Shown one piece after another: positions 1 to 9,934 of a stretch of DNA of 61,595 bases (positions within the stretch are counted from its first letter, which is position 1; each line of letters opens with the position of its first letter). Source of the stretch: a virus. A program made the translations under genes and the position numbers. Location: IMG/VR virus record IMGVR_UViG_3300037882_001257, positions 64,888 to 126,482 of that record, one strand, 5' to 3'. The notes under the pieces were generated by a model that saw only the letters and a list, made by a program, of their open reading frames with translations, did no database searches and was not told where the DNA came from.

Positions 1-581
1 TGGTATTTCCACTCGTTCCTCTGCTTGATTCGCTCTACTTCTTCCGCGTGGTTCTTTGTATGGTACTCAATATCGTGAATGGCATTTTTTATTTTCTCTT
101 CTTTCCATTCTTCCGGTGTGAAAGCATTGAGCCTATCAACTTCTTGGGTATAATAGTGACTATTGCAGTCCCACTCTATACTTTGAGTTAGTTGCTCAAT
201 CATAAATTCCTTAAACTGAGCATGACCTTCAGTAGGAGGCTTCCATTTATTTACTAAGTCCAGCATTGTCTCATAGGTTTCTTTCCACTGAGACTGTTCT
301 TTCAACTCCTCCCTCATGCGACAATTAGCACTATAAATATCAGCATTTAAATCTTCTTTAGATTGTTTAACTGACCAGTTTTGCGTTTCCTTAAGGGTTT
401 TCTTAGCCTCTTTTAAAGCATTAGAATGATAATCACTAGGCTTATCAAATACTAGTTCAGTAGAAAGTTCGTCGTCCCGTTGCATGATACACGCACCGAA
501 CGCCCTAGCACACAACAGAGCAAAGTCACGAAAAGACATGTCGGGCTTTTCCTGTAAAAACGCTGTATATCCTGTTGGCAT
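1..581 (-). CDS. conserved phage hypothetical protein, 3' end runs off the window
   Basis: Not in the ORF track. ATG at 579-581 reads MPTGYTAFLQEKPDMSFRDFALLCARAFGACI; GGAGG RBS upstream. Confidence 0.75.
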   Translation of the reverse strand, partial: MPTGYTAFLQEKPDMSFRDFALLCARAFGACIMQRDDELSTELVFDKPSDYHSNALKEAKKTLKETQNWSVKQSKEDLNADIYSANCRMREELKEQSQWKETYETMLDLVNKWKPPTEGHAQFKEFMIEQLTQSIEWDCNSHYYTQEVDRLNAFTPEEWKEEKIKNAIHDIEYHTKNHAEEVERIKQRNEWKY

Positions 582-598
582 TAGCTTCGCCTCCTTAG

Positions 599-1219
599 TT
601 ACCGATTATCCCCGTTCCCACCTACTACACCACGTTCCTGCCTACTCTTGAGCTTCGCTTGATTAGCTACTGCTACTTGCTCTAGGGTTCTGCCGATTTC
701 CTTAGCGCAGCGAGCAAGATAGTATAGGGTATCACCTAGCTCCAAGGTGAGGGAGTCAATAGTTGCTTGAGACAACACGGGGCGCTTGGTTACTCCAACA
801 CCCGATTTATCTGATTGGTTGTAAGCTTCTACCTCAGCCATAAATCCTTCATCGTCTCGAAGAATTTTCTTCACCTTGTCTGCAAATTCTCCGGCCTCGC
901 CGGCTAGTCCTAGAGTTGCGTACAGCAACCCAGAGAGTTCCCCTTGGCCCTTGTACTTAGCCGTTAGCTGCGTGCCACTTTGGAACTGGTTAAGAGTAAG
1001 GGAGGGCTTTGAGCTATAGACAGTTATACCGCTTATTGCCATGTCTAAGGCGTCTAGTCGGTCATAAGGAATCTGGCACGTTATAGACGGGTGTATAACC
1101 TCACTATCCGGCATTGGCTTGCTGGAACTCAGCCTGTTAAACACACTGTATTCTTCATCCGTCAAATTCCCGGTTGACCCGTCTGGAAATATCCTAACGT
1201 CATCGTTTAAACCTAACAT
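599..1219 (-). CDS. MazG-like NTP pyrophosphohydrolase
   Basis: LGLAGEAGEFADKVKK and ELGDTLYY motifs. Confidence 0.85.
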   Translation of the reverse strand: MLGLNDDVRIFPDGSTGNLTDEEYSVFNRLSSSKPMPDSEVIHPSITCQIPYDRLDALDMAISGITVYSSKPSLTLNQFQSGTQLTAKYKGQGELSGLLYATLGLAGEAGEFADKVKKILRDDEGFMAEVEAYNQSDKSGVGVTKRPVLSQATIDSLTLELGDTLYYLARCAKEIGRTLEQVAVANQAKLKSRQERGVVGGNGDNR

Positions 1220-1228
1220 ATGTCCTTC

Positions 1229-1255
1229 AAAAGAAAAAGCCCATTACTGGGCTTT
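1229..1255 (-). terminator. intrinsic terminator
   Basis: AAAGCCCA-GTAA-TGGGCTTT hairpin followed by a T-rich run on the minus strand. Confidence 0.75.
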
Positions 1256-1261
1256 GTGTAC

Positions 1262-1576
1262 TTACTCGTCGCTTTCATCACCGTAGTCTAACTTAGTTAC
1301 TCGGTGCCCCTCTATCTCTAGAATTTCGCCACTAACTCTAATAGTGATTCCATCCGTAGAGTTGGTTGGGGAGGGTGCCCTAGGAGTCAACGTCAAATCG
1401 TACCCTAGATAAGCGCACAAACCCACCACCAGCACCCAGGCCACTTTTGCCCTCTTTTGCTGCGACAATATCCACGCATAAATGCGCTTAAAAACGTCTA
1501 CATTTGTGTCTACAGTGGGGTCAAGTCCTTGGTCGCCGCCAGTGCCAGTGTCAATCTCAGGAATGTTATTTCTCAT
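1262..1576 (-). CDS. small single-TM membrane protein
   Basis: hydrophobic stretch VAWVLVVGLCAYLGY. Confidence 0.55.
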   Translation of the reverse strand: MRNNIPEIDTGTGGDQGLDPTVDTNVDVFKRIYAWILSQQKRAKVAWVLVVGLCAYLGYDLTLTPRAPSPTNSTDGITIRVSGEILEIEGHRVTKLDYGDESDE

Positions 1577-1672
1577 AGTGGCCTCGAAGTATAGAAGAAA
1601 CGCTATGGCGAGCGCCAGCGTAACGTAGGTCGAAAAAATAAGGGCGGATTCGATGTGTCGTCCTCACCACTT

Positions 1673-1700
1673 AATATACGGAGCGACGAGTCTCAGGCAA
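1673..1700 (-). promoter_or_regulatory. sigma70-like promoter
   Basis: TTGCCT-N16-TATATT. Confidence 0.45.
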
Positions 1701-1715
1701 GTGCGAAGCACTAAG

Positions 1716-1786
1716 AGAGCAGTTAGGGAATCGAACCCTATCCTTTAGTTTTGCAGACTAAATCCGCTTCCAAACGGCTACTACTC
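1716..1786 (-). tRNA. tRNA-Cys(GCA)
   Basis: cloverleaf, anticodon loop CT-GCA-AA, U73, GGTTCGATTCC T-arm. Confidence 0.9.
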
Positions 1787-2122
1787 ATGGCGGCTTGACA
1801 GCCGCTTAAATTAACGAGCTACCAACGTAGCTTCTGGAAAGAACTGGTACTTTTGAAATGTCTTTCCTTGTTCGTTCATCAAGAATATCTCAGGATTGTC
1901 TCTCTTATTAATGTCTACGACATAATCATCCTGTTCCATTCTGATTGTAATGTAATCTGGCACGTCAGCATTTCGCGGCGGGTCCAGGTCTACATACGCT
2001 TTACGACACTCGTAATAGCTGTCGATGTTGTTAATACGCAGTTTCACTATCATTCTACTTCTCCTTCTACGACCTACTACTTCTAGTAAAAGTGGCGTTA
2101 GCCACAGCCTTCTCAGGCACAG

Positions 2123-2204
2123 CGGAGGATAAACGAATCGAACGCTCAACCTTGCGGGTTGGCCGGGGGTTCAAACCCCGTTAGGCCCATGCCTGCTACC
2201 CTCC
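2123..2204 (-). tRNA. tRNA-Ser(TGA)
   Basis: loop TT-TGA-AC, long variable arm, G73. Confidence 0.88.
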
Positions 2205-2353
2205 GATAGATAACATACCAGTGATTCCGGTGTGGAGCTATTCCATAGTCCCAACTTCAACTATGGTAATCAAACCTTTTATCTAAACTCTCGCGCGATT
2301 GTTTAGGTGGGTGAGGGTTCGCTCTAGAGTAACGCCCTAGTCGTTGTTATCAG

Positions 2354-2444
2354 CGGAAGCAGTGAGCGACGACCTCACAAGCCGGTTCTAAGACCGACTG
2401 ACAGTTTAGCAAACTGTGTAGCATAGCCACTTGCAATTACTTCC
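2354..2444 (-). tRNA. tRNA-Ser(GCT), atypical T-loop
   Basis: loop TT-GCT-AA, long variable arm, G73; T-loop GTCGTCG. Confidence 0.8.
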
Positions 2445-2482
2445 GTAAATGTTGAGACTCATATGGCGCTCAACTGCCAATC

Positions 2483-2893
2483 TTAAATGTGGTGGGTAAT
2501 AGCCAACAACCCGTGATACTCACCACACACTAAATGCTTAAATTCAACCCATTCCGTTCCATGATTCACACTAATTCTTCTTGTATTTCGTTCGACAAAA
2601 TATTCACCATCAGAAGGTTTTAGTGATGGTAGGCACCTTCGTTCCTCGGCCTTTTTTTCCTTCTTTAATTTTTCTTCTGACCACTTCGACATTAGAACTA
2701 AAGTCTTAGTATTAGGACACCGACAGTAGTACATCCATTCTGGGTGGCAAGGCCACGTTCTCTTCAATAGCTCATTACACTCAACCTTTTTCCACAAGTT
2801 AAGTTCGCATGGTTCTGCTAGTGCAGGCCCAGCAATCGTTGCACCTATCGCTCCACCAGCCACCTTAAATGCGTGTCTACGAGTCATTTCCAT
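2483..2893 (-). CDS. hypothetical protein with twin-arginine-like signal peptide
   Basis: MEMTRRHAFKVAGGAIGATIAGPALA|EP. Confidence 0.6.
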   Translation of the reverse strand: MEMTRRHAFKVAGGAIGATIAGPALAEPCELNLWKKVECNELLKRTWPCHPEWMYYCRCPNTKTLVLMSKWSEEKLKKEKKAEERRCLPSLKPSDGEYFVERNTRRISVNHGTEWVEFKHLVCGEYHGLLAITHHI

Positions 2894-2933
2894 AGTTTAG
2901 TTCCTTTTTAGCGGTTGTGGCTTAAGCATATAG

Positions 2934-3005
2934 TTGGGAAATTTGGATTTGAACCAAAATAAACTCTTTCAGAGAGAGTCATGTTGCCGATTACATCATA
3001 TCCCA
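2934..3005 (-). tRNA. tRNA-Gln(CTG)
   Basis: loop CT-CTG-AA, U1-A72. Confidence 0.88.
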
Positions 3006-3011
3006 AAACAG

Positions 3012-3080
3012 AGCCTCGCAAGGGAATCGAACCCTTAAAACTTGTTTACAGGACAAGTTGCCGCACCTTGGGAACGAGGC
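3012..3080 (-). tRNA. tRNA-Thr(TGT), short D-arm, C33
   Basis: loop CC-TGT-AA; acceptor GCCTCGT/GCGAGGC; 69 nt. Confidence 0.75.
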
Positions 3081-3278
3081 AGTTACTTACTAAAATCAGG
3101 GTCAGAATATACCATCGCATCCTCTGAAACTTGACAACAACTATCAATTTGAATATTGGTATAATGAGTACCAAGTAGGCGAGTGTTTTGTCTTATCAAC
3201 CAGTCCATCGGACTTTCGCCAATAACCAAATTTTGCGTCATTGTATCCATAGCAACACAATTTCGCCACCAACGAGCC

Positions 3279-3752
3279 TTAATGAAGTATTTCATTCCAG
3301 TCTCTTTCCAGTTTAATCCTACGGTAGATTTCCCTCTGTGAAAATCCAGAGCTTCCAGGTTGCTTACGGACAACGTATCTTTGAATGATGAAAGACGCCT
3401 GTTTAACTCGTCTTTTGTTCTTCAAAAATGGCTTTATCTCTACTAGGAAATCCTTGGCTTTCTGACCTGTTAAAACCCACGCTTTCCGGTTATCAGAGCA
3501 ACCCGTTACATTGCCACCAAACGCACCTTGTAGATACTCTAAAACAGACCAAATCTTCTCTACTCCACACAATCTAACTTCTAATACTCGCCAGCCCTTA
3601 CCGAGGTAATTTTTCCGTAGAATTATACTTCCACGAACGTCAAATATGCCCGCCTCGTGTGCTTTTTGAGTATCTAGTACCATTATACACCCATTTTCCG
3701 CAGAGTCAAGCAAACAACCGAGGAATCGGACACCCCCTCGCCTGTGCCTCAT
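3279..3752 (-). CDS. LAGLIDADG-family homing endonuclease-like protein (start uncertain)
   Basis: AHEAGIFDVRGSI motif followed by FGG..W..G.KA..FL..IKPFL..K. Confidence 0.65.
   Translation of the reverse strand: MRHRRGGVRFLGCLLDSAENGCIMVLDTQKAHEAGIFDVRGSIILRKNYLGKGWRVLEVRLCGVEKIWSVLEYLQGAFGGNVTGCSDNRKAWVLTGQKAKDFLVEIKPFLKNKRRVKQASFIIQRYVVRKQPGSSGFSQREIYRRIKLERDWNEILH
3682..3709 (-). promoter_or_regulatory. sigma70-like promoter
   Basis: TTGACT-N16-TATAAT. Confidence 0.65.
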
Positions 3753-4272
3753 CCTGCAAGTGCCAATAAGCCATTTCCACCTGGGTTTTGCCCGGATGGA
3801 AAGCGCCAGTAACCACCTTCCAATATTGCCCGTCGTTTCTCAGCATTTGAGTAATGTCTTGGTCTATTACAATCGCCTCTTCTTTTGTCTGGTTTCTACC
3901 GATAGGAACATACTCTTTTTCCCTCATTAATAGAAAGTTAATGTTGTCGAAGTTATTGTATATGTCTTTAACAGCATTTATCCATGACTCAGGATAATAC
4001 TTGGCTGAATAATGAGCAGACAACAAAAGGGGAGAGTCTGATATGACGAAATCGACTTGGCCCACCAACCGCTCTATCTGCATCAGTTGCTTCCCGAAAA
4101 TATACGGTTGGCAAGCTAGAGCTTTCTTACGCTCTTCCCACGTAAAAATCTTGGCAGTCTCATGTGCAAGCTCACAAGAGATACCCTGCTGTTTCATCAA
4201 TGAGAATAGACCCGCTGCTGTCGTAGACTTACCAGCCCCAGGCCCTCCAAAGAAGTTGATTATGCTTGTCAT
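3706..4272 (-). CDS. P-loop NTPase/kinase (NadR/AAA_28-like)
   Basis: GGPGAGKST Walker A; ISDSPLLL; GRNQ. Confidence 0.75.
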   Translation of the reverse strand: MTSIINFFGGPGAGKSTTAAGLFSLMKQQGISCELAHETAKIFTWEERKKALACQPYIFGKQLMQIERLVGQVDFVISDSPLLLSAHYSAKYYPESWINAVKDIYNNFDNINFLLMREKEYVPIGRNQTKEEAIVIDQDITQMLRNDGQYWKVVTGAFHPGKTQVEMAYWHLQDEAQARGCPIPRLFA

Positions 4273-4892
4273 TTTTTCTCACCAGTCAAGGTTAGATTAA
4301 ACCCAACCACGCGACACTTGTAGTCAGTATCACCAACTTCTCTACGTTCCTCTACCACTAAGGTTCCGTATTTGGTCTTAACGTCATAAGTTTCCCCTTC
4401 GTACTGAAGTATCTTAGGTTCGTCATTAACTATTGTAATAGTGTTCCTCTTAAACCTCTTCCGAGACGCGGTACTCCTCGTCCAGTTTCTACCAAAACCC
4501 AAAGGTTTCTCCATAGTGGTTACGGAATAGTATTCGGTCTGATTAAGACAGCTTAGAATAACTGCTTCGTTGACCGCCGCTCTTTTGAGCAGTTGAGCCT
4601 GTTCTCTGTACTGATAGCATGTGTATATCAGCGTAAGAGATACTACTAAAAGCAGAATATGACTAAGGTACTTCATCAGCATCACCTAGAACAATTACTG
4701 TTAGGTCCTCTGGCAGAATATCAATTTCTGCTTCGTCTAATAGACATTCAATATGTGCCCTTGCACCAGTTTCTACTGACATATCAAAGCTAATGCTTTG
4801 AGCCTTTAGTTGTGGCATTATATCTACTCCGTTTTGGTCGAGTAGTTCGCAACACTGCCTACGACCGTTTCCACAGCTTTTAACTATAAGTT

Positions 4893-5468
4893 TCATTTAT
4901 ACGAGGTACTCTCTGAATGGTGGTCCACTTTAACGATTTCCCGCGAAGCCATCAACTCTATAATATACTCGATGGACACCGGTTTGTCAAATACGTCCAC
5001 CCCGACATCCTGACGCTTGCGCCCGCCGTGGTCGTGCGCTCCGTGAGAATGCCCATAAAGATGAATGGAACCTCTAGCGTGTTCATTCCACACATCCATA
5101 GCATAGTGAAATAGGCAGAATAACGTACCGTTATGGCGAAACTCTAGGTAGTCTTGCGCAGAAGAGAAAAGGCGGGAAAATCCCAGTTCCTTCAACTTGC
5201 CGTCGTGATTACCATAGATTAGATGCACGTTCTTACAATAGATTCTATCTCTGAACAGTGGAATATTCTTTCTATTTCCGAATGCAAAGTCTCCCAGGTG
5301 ATAGAGAGTATCATTCTCACCAACAGTGGAGTTAATAGACTCTATAAGAAACCCGTCCATTTCCTCGACAGAGGCATAATTTCTATAGCCTCTTTCCCAC
5401 GAAGAAACGAGGGGGCCGGCGATGTTCTTGTGTTGAAAGTGGGTGTCCGACCAAAAGTAGATTGACAT
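4893..5468 (-). CDS. calcineurin-like metallophosphoesterase
   Basis: SDTHF, LGD, GNHD, HY, GHSH motifs. Confidence 0.9.
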   Translation of the reverse strand: MSIYFWSDTHFQHKNIAGPLVSSWERGYRNYASVEEMDGFLIESINSTVGENDTLYHLGDFAFGNRKNIPLFRDRIYCKNVHLIYGNHDGKLKELGFSRLFSSAQDYLEFRHNGTLFCLFHYAMDVWNEHARGSIHLYGHSHGAHDHGGRKRQDVGVDVFDKPVSIEYIIELMASREIVKVDHHSESTSYK

Positions 5469-5469
5469 C

Positions 5470-5631
5470 TTAACGTCCCGTTTCTTCCATTTTGAGTGCT
5501 AACCTCATAAGGTACTTATTCTGAATTTCCGCCGCTCGCGCAGCGTTGTAGCGCGGGGCACAGCACCGCTTGAATTTCTTGGTGCTACCGCACACGCATT
5601 TGGCGTTCCGCCCTATCTTAGTCATAACCAT
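5470..5631 (-). CDS. SEC-C zinc-binding motif protein (likely start MVMTKIGRN)
   Basis: KIGRNAKCVCGSTKKFKRCC. Confidence 0.7.
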   Translation of the reverse strand: MVMTKIGRNAKCVCGSTKKFKRCCAPRYNAARAAEIQNKYLMRLALKMEETGR

Positions 5632-5638
5632 AGAATTC

Positions 5639-5965
5639 CTACTTTCTTGAAACTGCCTCGGCAGCCTCATTATATGATGAACCGACCTTAGAGTAAAGGG
5701 CTTCCGCCGAAATTGTACCCGCCTCGGCCTTTTCATGGCAGGAAGGAATACTTTGGACTTCACGGAGTTTACACAGTGAAACCCCATTTTCTACTACATA
5801 TCCACCATTGGTCATGTTATCCCTGTTTGTGATATGGTGAGCATCTAGGTAAATTTCCGCTACTTCTTTACTATACAGCTTCCCGCACAGTTGGCAACGG
5901 TATCTATCCCGCTGGAAAACATCTCTACGAAACTGCGCCCTAACTTGCTTTTTAGTTGATGGCAT
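5639..5965 (-). CDS. HNH endonuclease
   Basis: RDRYRCQLCG..AHHI..NGVSLC..CH; likely start MPSTKK. Confidence 0.8.
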   Translation of the reverse strand: MPSTKKQVRAQFRRDVFQRDRYRCQLCGKLYSKEVAEIYLDAHHITNRDNMTNGGYVVENGVSLCKLREVQSIPSCHEKAEAGTISAEALYSKVGSSYNEAAEAVSRK

Positions 5966-6260
5966 TTTCAAAATCCTTTTCTTTCCACATGTATTGATGT
6001 GTGTCAATTAGCTTCACAATATCATTCCAGAGAGCTTCACCTGCCTCAGTAGAAATCGGCATAGATTCATCACCAACTTGTATAAAATACTTTCCAGGAA
6101 CAAAGAAACTACCCGGTTCATGTTTTAGTGAGACTATATATCCATTCCTGCCTCACCATAACTTATCCCAATGCGGCTTATGGTCTGATTCTACATATTC
6201 CCATCTATATAGGTGCATCCAACTACGAATTTTACGTACTAATTCTTCTTGTGTAATCAT
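5952..6260 (-). pseudogene. paralog of 6260..6586 interrupted by an in-frame TGA at 6153-6155
   Basis: 103-codon frame MITQEELVRKIRSW..DKLW*GRNGY..ENAIN; similar to the neighbouring gene on both sides of the TGA. Confidence 0.7.
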
Positions 6261-6586
6261 TAGCCTATTGCCTTCCTAAGTTTTTCTTCTTTTTCCTGTT
6301 CTTCTCTATTGCTTATACTAATTAGTATATCATTAAACATAAGATTCATATCATCAGTAGAAGGAAGTTGATAAGAATCACCATCTACGTCTAATGTGTA
6401 GTCATAGAAACCTTCATTACTCCATAAATTAACATAGCGGTATTTTCTACTTATTTTAACTCTATGCGCGCCACTGGCTCTATTGCAACTAACAGAAGAG
6501 ATTTCACCTCTTATACTGTAATACCATGTTGCACTACGATACCACGACTTAATCTTTTCTACTAAGTCCAAGTTATTAAGTTTCAT
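6260..6586 (-). CDS. hypothetical protein
   Basis: ORF coupled to neighbouring genes. Confidence 0.7.
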   Translation of the reverse strand: MKLNNLDLVEKIKSWYRSATWYYSIRGEISSVSCNRASGAHRVKISRKYRYVNLWSNEGFYDYTLDVDGDSYQLPSTDDMNLMFNDILISISNREEQEKEEKLRKAIG

Positions 6587-7025
6587 ATCTAGATTTCATC
6601 CTGTTAATTGTTTCGTAAGGGACATTATGAGTATTGCGCCTAAAACACTCGTCTACATCCCAGGCCCACGGCGTTTCCGATTGTCTATATTCAACAGAAT
6701 ACCCGTATGTCGCAGCTAAAGAGATATAGGGAGCCATTTCCTTTAGCGCGATATTAGTATTGTCGATAATCACAAGCGAGGTTCCGTAACCTAGCCCCTC
6801 TTTCATAGACTGCTCTGCTTGAGCTTTATTCCAGGCGTGAGCCTCTCCAATCCGCTTGAGGTTAAAGTCGTAATAGCCGTCTGGTCTTACCCAGTAATTA
6901 TCCGTAGAGCAAACATAGGTAGCTGTAGTTGGACACGTAACGAGAGCCTCACGAATGAGTTCTTGAACTCTCGTGGACTTTCCACTACCGGGAAGCCCTC
7001 TCATTAATACAAGTTTTTTACTCAT
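6576..7025 (-). CDS. P-loop polynucleotide kinase-like protein (AAA_33/N4BP2-like)
   Basis: MRGLPGSGKST, IIDNTN, RNTHNVP. Confidence 0.85.
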   Translation of the reverse strand: MSKKLVLMRGLPGSGKSTRVQELIREALVTCPTTATYVCSTDNYWVRPDGYYDFNLKRIGEAHAWNKAQAEQSMKEGLGYGTSLVIIDNTNIALKEMAPYISLAATYGYSVEYRQSETPWAWDVDECFRRNTHNVPYETINRMKSRYET

Positions 7026-8145
7026 CTATTTCCTGTCCTCTAGGTTGAACCAGTCTCCAAATAGTTTCGGAGTAGTCCTTGTTATCTAACATGTTAAATA
7101 TGATGCTCTTATAGTCGTAATCAACTAAACGATTAGCTATATCTTTGCGGCTACCGCCCTTGGAAAGGACTTCATTCAGCTTTGCCTTAGCATCATCTTC
7201 GATGCTCTTATAACGAAGCTTAATCTTATCAGCTATATCTGTCACATACTGATAGAACTCGTCTGGAACCTTGTCTAACCACTGAGATAAGTCAGCATTT
7301 GCACGAAGCTGCTCCCAAACCCGTCTAGGAGTTACACCTGTCATTATCTTGTGTAATCGGCAGTATTCAGCGAACTTATATTTCATGCGGAAACCATTGT
7401 CGAACACTAGGACGTAGCCCTCTTCGTTTTCGACAGGCTCTACATATTGTAGTTGGTCTAAATACTGGACGTGGGGCAATTGCTTTCTAACGCACTCCCA
7501 ACCAAGTCTACTAACTAACCGGAAATCATCCCAGTTGTCTAGGCCGGTTTCGTTATCAATTACCGCTAACAAGGTCAACTCTTTCAGGCCCTTATAGTCA
7601 AGGACAATGCGGTTCTCTGGATAGATGATTTCCACTAAATAGGTGTGGCCTATTTTCAGGTATCTCAACATATCCGCGTACTTTGTCTGTAATAGGCGGT
7701 TACCCACTACTGCTTGGTCAGATTCAAACGAACCCCTAGAAGCAAGTTCCCACGTTTCGCTCTGAGGGTTAAAGTAGATTACGCCTAAGCTACCATCCAT
7801 TTTAGGATAGGCGGTAAAGCGCAGCCGTGGAATCTCCGTGAACTTCATACCAAACAGGTGGTGAAGATTATTACGGTAAGTACGTAGCTCATCCACGTTG
7901 AAAAACTTCGGAAACGGTCTACCCACAATGCGGTGCATGTAGTCTAAAACTAGACCGCGACACATGATGGTGGTTTTGTTCCAATAGCGTTCGATTTGAG
8001 TATTGGTTGTATAGTTGTAAATCCACAAATCGTACTTCGGGTGTTTACGCTTGGATACCCAACCGTTTTCAACGTGACCTTCGACAAGGGCATAAGCCTT
8101 GTCACTCAGTTTTGGTAGTTCCACTAACATAGCTTCGCTAACCAA
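7018..8145 (-). CDS. T4 Rnl1-family RNA ligase
   Basis: CRGLV, PFPKFFN, motif I KMDGSL, EGYV, KYK..EY. Confidence 0.9.
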   Translation of the reverse strand: MVSEAMLVELPKLSDKAYALVEGHVENGWVSKRKHPKYDLWIYNYTTNTQIERYWNKTTIMCRGLVLDYMHRIVGRPFPKFFNVDELRTYRNNLHHLFGMKFTEIPRLRFTAYPKMDGSLGVIYFNPQSETWELASRGSFESDQAVVGNRLLQTKYADMLRYLKIGHTYLVEIIYPENRIVLDYKGLKELTLLAVIDNETGLDNWDDFRLVSRLGWECVRKQLPHVQYLDQLQYVEPVENEEGYVLVFDNGFRMKYKFAEYCRLHKIMTGVTPRRVWEQLRANADLSQWLDKVPDEFYQYVTDIADKIKLRYKSIEDDAKAKLNEVLSKGGSRKDIANRLVDYDYKSIIFNMLDNKDYSETIWRLVQPRGQEIDE

Positions 8146-8651
8146 GAGTTAGCCTCTTCTTGTGTTAAGTCATTCAAATCCTTAGCGGGACCAGGGACGG
8201 AGTACGCCTCAAACCCCATTTTCTTTAGTTTAGCCCCCGCAGGGTCGTTATCTGCTATGACTATTGACCTTCTGTAACCGTTGATGGACTTAAAGTAGCC
8301 CAAGAGGGCTTTGCTGGGGGTTGCAGTCAAGGCAGCGACGGCGGAATATCCCGCGTTTACGGCCCTCACCGCGTCCCACACGCCCTCTGTTATAAAGATT
8401 ACGTCTGGTGAGTCGTAGAAGTGTTCTAAGCCCCACAACATGCAATAGGCGTCGTTCGCCTTGTTAATATACCGACCATGTTCGTCGTTGCTACGTAATT
8501 TTCCAACGGCCCAATTGTAGCGGGAATAGCCTATGAGCTTACCGTCTAAGGTCCAGAGGGGAAACCTTACGATTTCCTCCTCATAACTAACCCACGCTCT
8601 TATGCGAGGGGTCAGACCTCTCTGTAATAGGTGTTCCTGAAACTGGGTCAT
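8124..8651 (-). CDS. Toprim-domain (primase-like) protein
   Basis: ITEGVWDA, ADNDPAG, KDLND. Confidence 0.8.
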   Translation of the reverse strand: MTQFQEHLLQRGLTPRIRAWVSYEEEIVRFPLWTLDGKLIGYSRYNWAVGKLRSNDEHGRYINKANDAYCMLWGLEHFYDSPDVIFITEGVWDAVRAVNAGYSAVAALTATPSKALLGYFKSINGYRRSIVIADNDPAGAKLKKMGFEAYSVPGPAKDLNDLTQEEANSWLAKLC

Positions 8652-9500
8652 AGTTCTCTTCTTCTAACTCTCGTATCATCAGTATTAATCCAGTGCTTAG
8701 TGGTTACTAGGACACCGTGATAAATAATCAAGAAAGCGACACTTATAACAAACATTGGCACGAGATTTATAGCCGTCTTATCGAAAAACGACAGCCTATT
8801 AAAGCTCTCTTGCCTAAATTGTAACAGGTCTAACTTCATCCATAAAGCCAACATGAGTAAATTAGTGGCAAGCGGAAAGTGAAAAATCCAGGGTGCTATT
8901 CTCATGCTTACAGTCCTGCATACTCGTTTGTGTAGTCATCTAGTTGCTTACGAAGTTTAGCATTTTCTGCCTCTAGCTCAGCATAGCTCTTCCAGTTTCC
9001 CCCGGAACACCGCTTGTCTAAGTACCTAGAACAATTCTTAAGCATTTCCTCTTTATTACCAACTCTATTATCACCAAGATTACCGTCATTCAAAACCTTA
9101 TATAGTTCTTGGTCGTCAAGCCAACACCTATCGTCTGCGTGTTGGTCTCTATGAGTGCGGATTGCGGCCTCTAGTTGCGAGACACGGCAACGGTCAGTTT
9201 GACGAGCGCCAGCTTCCCCGTACTGAGACATACAGTTCCACTGAATACCGAAGTCAGCTTCGTTTAATAATTCAGCATTGCACCAAGGGCATTTATTGTC
9301 CATCTATTTGTTCCTTAGAGCTTTGCTCTTTAACTTCGTTTTTATGTTGCCGGTTTCTCTGACAATAGGGGCATGACCCGCCTGGGCGACAAGAACGGTC
9401 TACTCTACCGCTTTTATGGTAGTTTTTCCGGTGGTCTTTTCTCTTCGGATAGTTTTTGTCGAAGCTCATGGCACTCCAATAAAATCTCTTGTATACGAAG

Positions 9501-9528
9501 ATTATACCTCCGAATCGCGTAGCGTCAA
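9501..9528 (-). promoter_or_regulatory. sigma70-like promoter
   Basis: TTGACG-N16-TATAAT. Confidence 0.7.
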
Positions 9529-9542
9529 GTGGTCTACCAACG

Positions 9543-9565
9543 AAAAAAGCCCGCAATGCGGGCTT
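9543..9565 (-). terminator. intrinsic terminator ending the matrixin/cytochrome operon
   Basis: AAGCCCGCATTGCGGGCTTTTTT on the minus strand. Confidence 0.85.
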
Positions 9566-9584
9566 AAATTCTTCACAGGTGAGC

Positions 9585-9923
9585 TTATTCAGCTTCCTTG
9601 TACAACTCTTTCATCAGCGGAACACTAGAGGTCTTTGCTGCTGCTACAATAGCATTAACAAACTTATCTCCGTGCTGGCGATATTCTTTGTAGCTCATAC
9701 TTCTACGTACATGTACGCGAAGGGCAAGCTTTTGCCACATATTAAGGTTCTTAGCTGTCTTAACAGCAGCTTCCGGGGTCTTTCTGCAAGCCTGAAGCAC
9801 AGTAATAAGCTCAACAATAATAGGGGCCAGAGTGAGAATAATGGAAGGGTCAAACGCCTGACCTTCCTTAATTACACCCATCTTTTTTGCTACTTCTACA
9901 GCAGCCTTTTCTGAAGCTTTCAT
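9585..9923 (-). CDS. hypothetical protein with a hydrophobic helix
   Basis: FDPSIILTLAPIIVELITVLQAC. Confidence 0.7.
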   Translation of the reverse strand: MKASEKAAVEVAKKMGVIKEGQAFDPSIILTLAPIIVELITVLQACRKTPEAAVKTAKNLNMWQKLALRVHVRRSMSYKEYRQHGDKFVNAIVAAAKTSSVPLMKELYKEAE

Positions 9924-9934
9924 GGTTTACAACC

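Noticed and set aside
3279-3752. Group I intron or intein around the LAGLIDADG ORF
   Set aside because: No split host gene, intron core or intein termini; it appears free-standing.
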